64,000 nucleotides of DNA. It comes from Mobula hypostoma. Its lineage: Eukaryota. The position numbers were made by a program, and so were the translations under genes. This document shows, piece after piece, positions 39,010-48,559 of the stretch; the stretch's first letter is position 1, and the number at the start of each line of letters is the position of its first letter. The stretch is taken from positions 1,736,001-1,800,000 of the forward strand of contig NC_086097.1 of NCBI RefSeq assembly GCF_963921235.1, given 5' to 3'. The notes under the pieces were generated by a model, which worked only from the letters and a program-made list of their open reading frames with translations, did not search any database and was not told where the DNA came from.

Positions 39010-40650
39010 CAAGGGGAGCATTCAACTATCTTGTCTGGCATTCCTACTATTATAATTGTACAATTATAAAAAAAGTAAGCAATCAATAAACTGGAGAAAA
39101 TCTACCTATGGTATCTCAGTTTCTCTCACTCAAGCCTCTCCTTGCTGAAGCATAGAAGAACTAAAGCCTCAACATCGCCACTCTAACACTGTCCCCTCCA
39201 ACAAAGTCCTCTTGCTCTTGCCTTGTTTTAATTTGCACTGGCTAATAAATCTCAATCTCTGGCTGCTGTTGAAACTCCCACGAAGCACTGCTTTTTAACA
39301 CCCTTGGGCCTGTATTCATCACCATTTTGCTTATTCTGGTCTCCTGTTACTCTTTAAGCCATCCCACTGACTGCCATTATGCCCTGTCATCTGCCAGACC
39401 TTCATCAGTCCCACTGCACACTGCATCTACTTGTACACCGACTGCCCCACCCTAAGCACTATCACTCCAGCCCCATCTCCCTGCCAAAATAGTTGAACCC
39501 TTTTTAATAGCTCTAGCAAACCTGACCACAAGGATATTGGCCTCCCTCCCGTTCAGGGTGTAAGCCGTCCATTTTGTACAGGTAACCTTTGACACTCTGA
39601 CTCATCAAGAACCTTTCAACCTCTTCTTTAAATACACCCAAATGACTGAGCCTCCACGTGGTCTGTGGCAATGAATTCCACAGATTCACTGCCGAGGACA
39701 AATTCCACGGGGGACATAAAGCCCCAATAATCTCAGCTCTTGTCTCTCTCAATAACTTTGGGTATATCTCATCTGGTCCTGGGAACTTTGCTACCTTCAT
39801 GTTCTTTAAGGGACCCAACACTACCTCCATCCTTAAGTAGCACTCTCCACTCTGATCTTTCCATCCTCCACATCCTTCTCCCAAGTAAATACTGATGCAA
39901 GGTGTTCATTTAGGACCTCACCTTTAGTCTTTGTGTCTAATCACATGTTCCTCCTTTTTCCTGTGTGGTCCTACCCTTTCCCTAGTATCCTCTTGCTTTT
40001 AATGGGCGTATAGAATGCTTTGGCATTCTCTTTAATTCTACTTGCCAAGGAATATTCATTGCTGTCTCATTTCCATCCTGAGTTGTTTTCTGGCCTCTTT
40101 ATGAACCTCACGAGCTCTGAAGTTTAACACTTGCATTTCCGCTTCCCTCTTTAATAAATTCACCACCTGTCTTGACGTGCTGGCCCTACCTTCGTACAAG
40201 CCCACCCCGTACTCTGTGCAGGACTAATGTGTTCCAGACAGATGTGGACTTGCCCAAAACAGCTGTTCCCAATGAACTCTCCTTAGTCCCTGCCTAATAC
40301 TCTCATAAACTTTCCCCGCTCCATTTTAATATTCTCCTGAAATGTTCATACGTAACCTTATCTATGGCTGTCTCCAAACTTACGTCACTGTTGCCTAACC
40401 ATTCACCCGCTGAGAGGTCAGTCACCTGGCCAGGCTCATTACCCAACACCAGGCCCAGTACAGCCCCTCCCCTCACTGGACTATCTACATATTGATTGAA
40501 GAAATCTAACAAATCGTGCCCCATCTAAACCTCCCTACGGAGGTTTCAGTCTAGATGAGGTTAGTTGAAGTCGCCCACAGCAACAGCCCTGTTGTTTTTA
40601 CACCTTTCCCTAATGCGCCTGCATATCTGTTACTCGTTGTCCTAGTGCTC
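39010..40650 (-). mobile_element. Heavily decayed CR1 fragments
   Basis: FPGPDEIYPKLLRE; QYVDSPVRGGAVLGLVLGNEPGQV. Confidence 0.65.
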
Positions 40651-41579
40651 ACATCAGAGTCATAGTCATACTTTATTGATCCCGGGGGAAATTGGTTTGA
40701 TTGATTGCTCCCTTTCTTATTTTATCAGTTCTCCCCACATAGAGAGGGTGTAACTGTGATATTGTTTCTGATTCGCACTGGAACACGTCCCCTCATTACC
40801 TCCCTGGTTATCTGTTCTGAAACATCGACAGACTGGAACCCTGCTGCTTGGGTAGGATGGGAGTGGAGGGGTACGGGTCCATTGTGGCCAGACGGTAGAT
40901 GAGCCCAGGATTGGCTCGGCTGAACTGTCTATTCCCCGGTCTCACCTGCTTTAATTTCGGACACTAACCCTGATCAAAAACTGTCTGAAAGTTTGTATCC
41001 ACTTCTTCATTTCCATCCATTCTGTGGACCCCTGCCTCAGATTTAGTGTGTGATTTCCCATTAATTAACCCACGCTGACTTTGGCCATCTCGCTCTTTCT
41101 CCTTTCACGTGGAATTACAGCAAATAATAACCAATGATGGAAACATTCCTGGAACAGGTGAGGAAATTGCTCCAGGAATCTTATCTAGAACGATTTATTT
41201 ATTTAGAGGTTGATAAGGCCATGGTAGATAACATGGGTGGTCACAGTCTTTTTCGAAGGATATGGGAGTCTCAGACTTGTGGGAAGGTGAGAGGGGAACG
41301 GTTTAAACGGGATGTGAGGATACGCTTTTCGCGCAATGGGTGGCGGAACGAGCTGCCCGAGGAGGCGGTAGAGCCAGCTACAGTTACAAAAACATTTGGC
41401 CAGGCACACAGCAGGAAAGGTGCAGAGAAATATGGGTCAAACACAGGCACAAGTCAGTATAGACATGTTGTGCCAGTGGCCCTGTTTCTGTGCTGCGTAT
41501 CTAGCGGTTGTGTACTGTGGGCATCTGGACTGCTGATATGGAGGCAACAGGATGTGTACACTGGAGTGTAGAACCAGGA

Positions 41580-42510
41580 CTATCAGGAAGGCCTTCAAGT
41601 TCTCCGCTTCTCTCTGGACAACAGACCCGACCAGCTCCCCTCCACCACCCTCCTCCGTCTGGTAGAACCGCTCCTCACCCTTAACAATTTCCCTTTCTGC
41701 TCCTTCCCTCCCCGCTCTTTCTCAGAACTCAGGGTATAGCCACGGGCCGCGGCCATGCTTACCGTTTCATTAGCGAGTGGAACAATTTATGTTCCAGGTC
41801 CCTCAGGGCCACATTGACGACTGCATGCACTCATTCTGAGCTCGTCAATTTCATCAACTTTCCTCCAATTTCCAACAGCCCTTAAATTCCCTTAGTCCAT
41901 TTCTGACATCTTTCTCGGTCTCTCTGGAGACAAGACTGTCCAATGATTTTTTTATTTATAAACTTCCCGATTCCCACAGATATATTGACTCCACCCAAAC
42001 TGTCACTTGAATAAATGCTGTTCCCTTTTCTCGGTTCCTTCGTCTCCGCAGCATCTGTACCCAGGATGAGGCCTTCATTTGCAGAACATCTGAAAGAACG
42101 GGGTTCCCTTCCTCCACCATTGACGCTACCCTCACCCGCATCTCCTCCATCCGCCGCCGCACCTGATGAAGGGTTTCAGCCCGAAACGTCGACCATACTC
42201 TTTTTCCATAGATACTGCCTGACCTGCTGGGTTCCTCCAACATTTTGATGTGTTGCTGGGATTTCCAGTATCCGCAGATTATCTCGTTTGTGAACAGTCT
42301 ACGTTTCGGGCCGACTCCCTTCACCGGGCCACAATTCTCTGTAATTCCTGCCATCTTCATTTGGATCAAAATACATCTCCCAATTTCTCAGTTCATCTCC
42401 CCTCCCCCCGCCTTCTTATTCTGGCATTTTCCCAGTCCCGGCGAAGGGCGTCAACTGTTTATTCATTTCCATAGATACTGGCTGAGCTGAGTTCTCCCAG
42501 GATTTTTGCT
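41580..42510 (+). mobile_element. Decayed Penelope-like RT fragment with rearranged termini
   Basis: DNRPDQ.PS.T.LLRL.E..LTLNNF and AVPFSRFLRLRSIC PLE-RT remnants; CTGATGAAGGG..CCCGAAACGTCGAC at 42163-42193. Confidence 0.7.
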
Positions 42511-43408
42511 CTAAACGGGTGTTAAAGATTGCAGCGCTAGCTCGGCAGCGGGAGGGGAGGGGAGGGGAGGGGCGGGGCGGAGAGGAGAGGAGACTGAGTG
42601 AAACACTCAGAATACACACACACACACACACTGTGCGCGCCTCTTCCCCCAGGGCGCTGAGCTGTTGAATTTGGGGATGTTCAGAAGTGGTCTGGTGGTT
42701 TTTAATTTCCTGGGTGAAAGGGAAAAGGATTGGAGGCTCTGAGTCGGAGGTTGGCAGTGAGGGAGGGGACGGTGAAGAAGTTCAAACTCTGAGCGCGGAG
42801 GGAGGTAGAGCGTCAAGATACGAGCTGCAGCTCCGCAAACGTTCCGAACCTTTCCCCTGTACAATATCCGGCCAGCCCTTTCCATTTCATTTCGGACCGC
42901 CAACCCGCTCCAGCGGTTCCGTTTAGCACTCCGCTGAAGGCAGGCCATACAGTATATACTTTATGTTTAAACGACAGGCAGGAATGCACAGTGATGGTTC
43001 CTGTGGTGGGGGTATGTAGCCCTAGAGGGCACAGCCTCAGAACTAAGGGACCACCCTGCAGGGCAGAAAGAAGGAGCAATTGTTTTTAAACCCAGAGAGT
43101 AGTGTCGAATGCTCTGCCACAGACTGTCAAGTTGGTGCGGATTCGCCGACCAGCAGTAGCGGGCCAGAGGCACGGGTGCAACGTCCAAGCCCTCCTGCCT
43201 ATCATTCCCCGCCCAGAGGAGAGCCTTCGCATCGGCAGAACTCACAGGCGACTCGGGGAGTTTGTACGCCCTGCCTGCGGGCGAGTGTGCTGGTGTTAAA
43301 TCAGCGGCGTGCTGGCTGGTGGGCCGCGCAGCTCGTGCGCAGGAAGGGCCTGTGGCGCGCGCGCGCTCTCGAAACACGTAAACAATAACCATAGTTTATG
43401 GGTTAACT

Positions 43409-43545
43409 TTTATTGATGCACAAATTAAATAGAAAAAATAAACATCTCTAGAAATAAATTAAATCAGACCGTTTTCATGGAAAACTGATATTGGAAACAC
43501 GACAGATGAAAAGCCGCGAAATAAATAATTGATAATTTATACAAT
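43409..43545 (-). promoter_or_regulatory. fos 3'UTR instability elements and polyA signal
   Basis: Sense UUAUUUAUU nonamer (43520-43528), further AUUUA pentamers, GUUUUC-CAU-GAAAAC stem-loop (43471-43485), AAUAAA at 43409-43414 followed by a GU/U-rich tract. Confidence 0.8.
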
Positions 43546-43628
43546 TTACAACTGTACAGGTGCTGCCGTCCCGGGACACCCTCCAACAGCCGCCCGGACT
43601 CCCCCGGTCCTTCTGCTCCACCAGCCCA

Positions 43629-44033
43629 CTACAAGGCCAACAGCGTGGGCGAGTTCAGGGGCCCGGCCGGGTGATCGGAACTGGAGAAGCTGAAGGCGAA
43701 CGTGGGGGGCAAGGCCCCAGGAGTGGTGATGGGCACGGGGGTGCAAAGCGGCTCGCAGTCGGCGGCCAGTGACGGGTAGAGCGGCTCCCAGTCGGCCAGG
43801 CTGATCAAATCAAGGTCGGGGACGGAGCGGCCCGTGTCAGCGACGCCTCCTTCCGAGAGGGGGTCCCTGTCAGTCGGCTGTGCCGGGGACCCCGCTTCCT
43901 GGGCCTCCCGCTCGGCCACCTTGCAGAGCGGCCGGTGGGCAGCCAGCGAAACCTCCAAGCGCTCCTTCTCCTTCAGTAGCGCAGCCACCTCGGCTTCCAA
44001 CAGCGACTTCTCGCTTTCCAGGCGCTCGGTTTC
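43629..44033 (-). CDS. fos: c-Fos-like coding exon 4, leucine zipper and C-terminus (134 aa + stop)
   Basis: Acceptor CCTGCAG|GAA; heptad leucines ETERLESEKSLLEAEVAALLKEKERLEVSLAAH; RSVPDLDL, DWEPLY, EPLCTPV motifs; ends NSPTLLAL-TAG. Confidence 0.95.
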   Translation of the reverse strand, partial: ETERLESEKSLLEAEVAALLKEKERLEVSLAAHRPLCKVAEREAQEAGSPAQPTDRDPLSEGGVADTGRSVPDLDLISLADWEPLYPSLAADCEPLCTPVPITTPGALPPTFAFSFSSSDHPAGPLNSPTLLAL

Positions 44034-44334
44034 CTGCAGGGAGAGGAGGAGGAGACAGGGGTCAGAGCGGACCGAGCGCAATCACTTACCCAAACAGGGC
44101 GGACCCTGGGCCCTGCCACCGAAAGCGGGGCGCAGGCATTCTTCCCCCCCCCCCGCGGGGTCTCAACATCTCCTGCCATCCAACCTCAGCACTTACCAAC
44201 CCTCCCCTCTATCCGGTTCACCGTGAGCCTGCACCCACCCCGGTGTGGAACTGATCTACTCCACCAGCGCCACGCACCACCCCCACCCTCTCCCGGTGCC
44301 GCCGCACGGCAGCCTCCTCCTGCCTGACACTCAC

Positions 44335-44442
44335 CGCCTGCAACGAGTCCGTCAGCTCCCGCCGTCGGTTGCGACATTTGGCCGCTGCCAGTTTGTTCCG
44401 TTCACGCCGGAGCCGCCGCTTCTCCTCGTCCTCGGGGCTGAG
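44335..44442 (-). CDS. fos: c-Fos-like coding exon 3, basic region (36 aa, 108 nt)
   Basis: Acceptor [47 protein letters not shown]; donor GCG|GTGAGT; the 108-nt length is typical of the Fos basic-region exon. Confidence 0.96.
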
Positions 44443-44636
44443 CTGTGAAGATGAAAGGCAGGGGGTGAGAGTCTGCCTACCCGACGCGAACTGAGCACGC
44501 AAACCAGAACGTCCCACGCCCTCTCCCCCACCCACACAACCGGCTGCCTGAGGACCCGGTCTCACCCCTCCCGAACCGCCGTTCCAGCCCCATCACGTTG
44601 CTCACCCAACCCCTCCTGAGCTGCAGCCCAGCTCAC

Positions 44637-44822
44637 CTGCTCAGTCCTGCCCTTGCGAGCCGAAGCTTTGCCGAGGCCTGTCCTAGCATAGGCGTTGCTG
44701 TAAGGGTGCGAGCGTCCCGGAGACGGGGCGATGGATTGCAGGCTGGGCTGCACCATCCACTGTAGTTCCCGGTTGCTGCTAACTGCCGTCACCGTCGGCA
44801 CGAACGGATCGCCACAGAAATC
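44637..44822 (-). CDS. fos: c-Fos-like coding exon 2 (62 aa)
   Basis: Pyrimidine-rich acceptor [49 protein letters not shown]...KGRTEQ (FxPTVTA..LQWxVQP Fos motif); donor CAG|GTGAGC. Confidence 0.93.
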
Positions 44823-44901
44823 CTGGCGGAGAAAGGAAGGTCAGATTAGAGATCTAGTTCGTCCGCACCTCCCCTCCTGCTGTTTACGAGACGACACTTT
44901 G

Positions 44902-45035
44902 TGAATGGAGCGCATGTGACGGCGCGGGGTCCGGGCTATTAATAATCCGGGGGCGCGTCACTGGCTCATCTACGTCACTGCTGACGCAGGAGGCTCGTCT
45001 GGAGTCTCCATGAATGGAGCAGATTTATCAATGAA
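44902..45035 (-). promoter_or_regulatory. fos intron-1 regulatory cluster (CRE half-sites, MEF2/TATA-like site, Capicua octamers)
   Basis: TGACG/CGTCA at 44917, 44956, 44973, 44982; CTATTAATAA 44936-44945; TGAATGGA 44902 and 45011; TCAATGAA 45028. Confidence 0.65.
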
Positions 45036-45183
45036 GCCAGTTACAACCCGCAGGGGACGGGAGTAGGGGGGGTTGAGTATATCGGAAACGGCCGGTCGCA
45101 GCTCCCCGTGCCCAAGAAGCGACAATTGGTGGCGGTGAACCGAACATATATAATCGATCGGCGAATCCAGAGTTGTTGCCTAC

Positions 45184-45315
45184 CTGAGCGCTGTTGGCAG
45201 GGCTGCCGAGGCTGGAGAAAGAGTCGGCGGGCGAAAAGTACTGTGAGTCTCCCATCGAGGGCGAGTTGCTGCAGCGAGAAGATGAGTCGTAGTCGGCGGG
45301 GAAGCCCTGAAACAT
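45184..45315 (-). CDS. fos: c-Fos-like bZIP transcription factor, coding exon 1 (44 aa)
   Basis: ATG at 45315; [44 protein letters not shown] resembles the Fos-family N-terminus ([16 protein letters not shown]); ends at CAG|GTAGGC donor, phase 0. Confidence 0.93.
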
Positions 45316-45417
45316 GTTGCGGTTGCGGGTCCGGTGGGCGTGCGCTCAGTGTGTCCGCAGCTCCGCTCTTCCTAGTTCTCCCAAGTTGGGTCTGAGTCTG
45401 TGGAGGTGCGCCGCAGC

Positions 45418-45424
45418 TTTTATA
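45418..45424 (-). promoter_or_regulatory. fos TATA box
   Basis: TATAAAA followed by GCTGCGGCGC on the minus strand, about 105 nt upstream of the ATG. Confidence 0.85.
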
Positions 45425-45659
45425 GAGAGGGCCGTTCCATTCACAGAGCGTCGGCGGGGGGGAACAGGATCCACAGTCAGGCCAGCAGCTCAACTACTAC
45501 CGGCTCAGATAAACGGAGAAGCCACAGCAGCCTTAGATATCTACTAATCAGTTAGTAGCCGATATTAGGAGGCAGAGGTTCACTCATTCCAGCGGCCGGG
45601 ATTCAGACAGGATCGGCTGGTCCTCCACTGCACTAATGGAAGAGCCCACCGGAGACCCG

Positions 45660-45682
45660 ATGACGTACATGTCCTTATATGG
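45660..45682 (-). promoter_or_regulatory. Serum response element (CArG) plus adjacent CRE/AP-1-like site
   Basis: Sense strand CCATATAAGG-ACAT-GTACGTCA; perfect CC(A/T)6GG at 45673-45682, about 250 bp upstream of the TATA; same layout as the mammalian c-fos SRE (CCATATTAGGACATCTGCGTCA). Confidence 0.85.
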
Positions 45683-46575
45683 AATAAATACGAAACCAAG
45701 CCGGCATAAAAAGCCCCGCCCCTAGCAGCAGTCTAGGTTAAACAAATAAACAAGCCGAGTTATATAAATAACAAAGCAACACACAAAAATGCTGAGGAAA
45801 CTCGGCAGGTTAGGCAACAGCCGCGGCATGCCGAGGCCAGGTTAAATAAACAAACATTTCGGGTACAAGAAACAGACCCGGGTCCAGGGTATTCACCAGG
45901 ATACCGACCCCAATGGAGTAGAATCAGCTTTATTATCATTAACACGTGACGTGACTTGTTTTTCAGTAGCAGTACGGACATAAAATTTACTCTGTTAAAA
46001 AATAGCCCATGCCAACCACGCCTCCTCCTTGATAGACAAATTTGCCCGCGTTCGATCCTTAACCCTTCAAACCTCTCCCCTCAATGTACCTACCCAAATG
46101 CCATCAAATGTCGTACTTGAATCTGCCCCAACTAATTCCTCTGGCAGTTCATTCTAGGTACTCACTACGCTCTGTGTAAAAATAGTTACATCTCTGGTCT
46201 CTTTCCAATCTGATTTTATATCTGTGTCCATTAGTTTAGGACGCTTCCCTGTACTTGGGAAAAGACTATGGCAATCAATTCCCCTCATGATTTTATAAAC
46301 GTCTGTGAGGACACTGTTCATTTTCCTACAGTGCAAGGACTGAAGTTCCGGCGTGGCCAACCTCTCCCACTAACCCTGGCCCTCTAGTCCAGGCAGTGTC
46401 TTCATAAATCTCTTCTGCATTCTCTCCAGCTTTAACAGTGTGGCCAAAACTATACCCAATAGTCCACAAAGACAAATTGTTCAAAAGAAGAATAATGAGC
46501 TGGTGTTCATGGACCATTCAGAAATCTGATGGTGGAGGGGAAGAAACTGTTCCAGAAATGTTGAGTGTGGGTCTT

Positions 46576-47437
46576 CAGATTCCTGTACCCCTCCCTGATG
46601 GTCACAGTGAGAAGGGGTTGCTCCAGATTCCTGTATCCCTCCCTGATGGTCACAGTGAGAAGGGGTTCTTCCAGATTCCTATACCCCTCCCTGATGGTCA
46701 CAGTGAGAAGGGGTCGCTCCAGATGCCTGTACCCCTCCCTGATGGTCACAGTGAGAAGGGGTTATTCCAGATTCCTGTACCCCTCCCTGATGGTCACAGT
46801 GAGAAGGGGTTGCTCCAGATGCCTGTACCCCTCCCTGATGGTCACAGTGAGAAGGGGTCATTCCAGATTCCTGTACCCCTCCCTGATGGTCACAGTGAGA
46901 AGGGGTCATTCCAGATTCCTGTACCCCTCCCTGATGGTCACAGTGAGAAGGGGTTATTCCAGATTCCTGTACCCCTCCCTGATGGTCACAGTGAGAAGGG
47001 GTTGCTCCAGATGCCTGTACCCCTCCCTGATGGTCACAGTGAGAAGGGGTTGCTCAAGATTCCTATACCCCTCCCTGATGGTCACAGTGAGAAGGGGTCA
47101 TTCCAGATGCCTGTACCCCTCCCTGATGGTCACAGTGAGAAGGGGTTGCTCCAGATGCCTGTACCCCTCCCTGATGGTCACAGTGAGAAGGGGTTGCTCA
47201 AGATTCCTATACCCCTCCCTGATGGTCACAGTGAGAAGGGGTCATTCCAGATGCCTGTACCCCTCCCTGATGGTCACAGTGAGAAGGGGTCATTCCAGAT
47301 GCCTGTACCCCTCCCTGATGGTCACAGTGAGAAGGGGTCATTCCAGATGTCTGTACCCCTCCCTGATGGTCACAGTGAGAAGGGGTCATTCCAGATTCCT
47401 GTACCCCTCCCTGATGGTCACAGTGAGAAGGGGTTGC
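46576..47437. repeat. 48-bp minisatellite, about 18 copies, inside a minus-strand Rex1/Babar 3' fragment
   Basis: Unit CCAGATTCCTGTACCCCTCCCTGATGGTCACAGTGAGAAGGGGTTGCT with few variant positions. Confidence 0.97.
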
Positions 47438-47659
47438 TACTTGCTGAGGCACTGCCTGGTGGAGCAAGCTGCTGAATCGACGACCCTCTGCAGCCTCGGG
47501 CAAACCTGTGCACTGGAGCCTCCATAACAAGACAGTGAGGTGATGCAACCAGCTGGAACAGTCTCCACTGCACACCTGGAAACATTCTTCAGTGTCTTTT
47601 TCAAATACCAAGCTCCTCAAATTTGTAATGAAGTAAAGCCACTGGAGGGCCTATCATGC

Positions 47660-48080
47660 CAGGAACTGACCCCGGGCATTGATCCCTTGGGTAAGGATTC
47701 CTCAGTCTGACCCCTGGGGCAGGGGATTCCCCAAGCGATGACTCCAGGACACTGATCCCTGGGGTACAGGATTCCTTGGATGCAGTCCCATGGATACTGA
47801 CCCTGGGCACTGATCCCCTGGGGTAATGAATCCTCAGTCTCTGACCCCTGGGGCAGAGGATTCCCCAGTCACTGACCCATGGATATTGACCCTGGACACT
47901 AATCCCTGGTGCAAGGATTCACCAGGCAATGACTCTGGGCACTGATTCCTGAGGTACAGGATTCCCTGGGCACAGACCCATGGATATTGACCCTGGGCAT
48001 TCTACTCACACCTTGGGTGTAGAGTATTCCCTAGTCAATGATCCCAGGCACTGAGCAGGGTATTCCATGGGCACAGACCC
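47660..48080. repeat. Degenerate tandem repeat
   Basis: Recurring GGGCACTGATCCCTGGGGTACAGGATTCC / CCATGGATATTGACCCTG subunits. Confidence 0.7.
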
Positions 48081-48559
48081 TAATGAGATTCTCTGAATTG
48101 CTGTTCCAACTACAAAGGTTCCTCTGGAGCTCTGGAAATGGAAGTTGGTATGTCCAAACAGCTAAGACTTCTTGTTCCCTCTCTCTACATTCATTTGTCA
48201 CTGGTGTGTGCATTGTGTCATCAGTGATTGCTGTGTAAGCTGACCTCTCTGGTACTAACCGTTGCCTTTGCAACTGGAACATGTCCCAAGATTGTTACAC
48301 AACAGTTATGAAACAGTCTGACAATAGATAATTGCATTAGTTGGTCTGGTTGTTAAGGAGGTTCTCCGCCCAGACTCACTGTGCCAGGAGCAGAGAGCAT
48401 TTCTGATCTGCAACCACACCCACTTTACAAGTCTGATTTTGCTGACTACCTATCAACTGTTCACCAGTCACTGAGTGAACATCGGCCCTCCCATTGTCTG
48501 GCCACCGGGCGAACACACCCAGGGGAGTGAAGGATCTACTAAACACAAACATCTATAGC

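Noticed and set aside
45559..45569. Second CArG-like CCGATATTAGG and nearby CTACTAA/TTAGTAG hairpin in the promoter
   Set aside because: Breaks the CC(A/T)6GG spacing; no independent support
46438..47527. 345-aa and 320-aa repetitive ORFs / possible CRISPR-like array
   Set aside because: Head-to-tail 48-bp minisatellite (a multiple of 3) with no unique spacers; eukaryotic context with no cas genes
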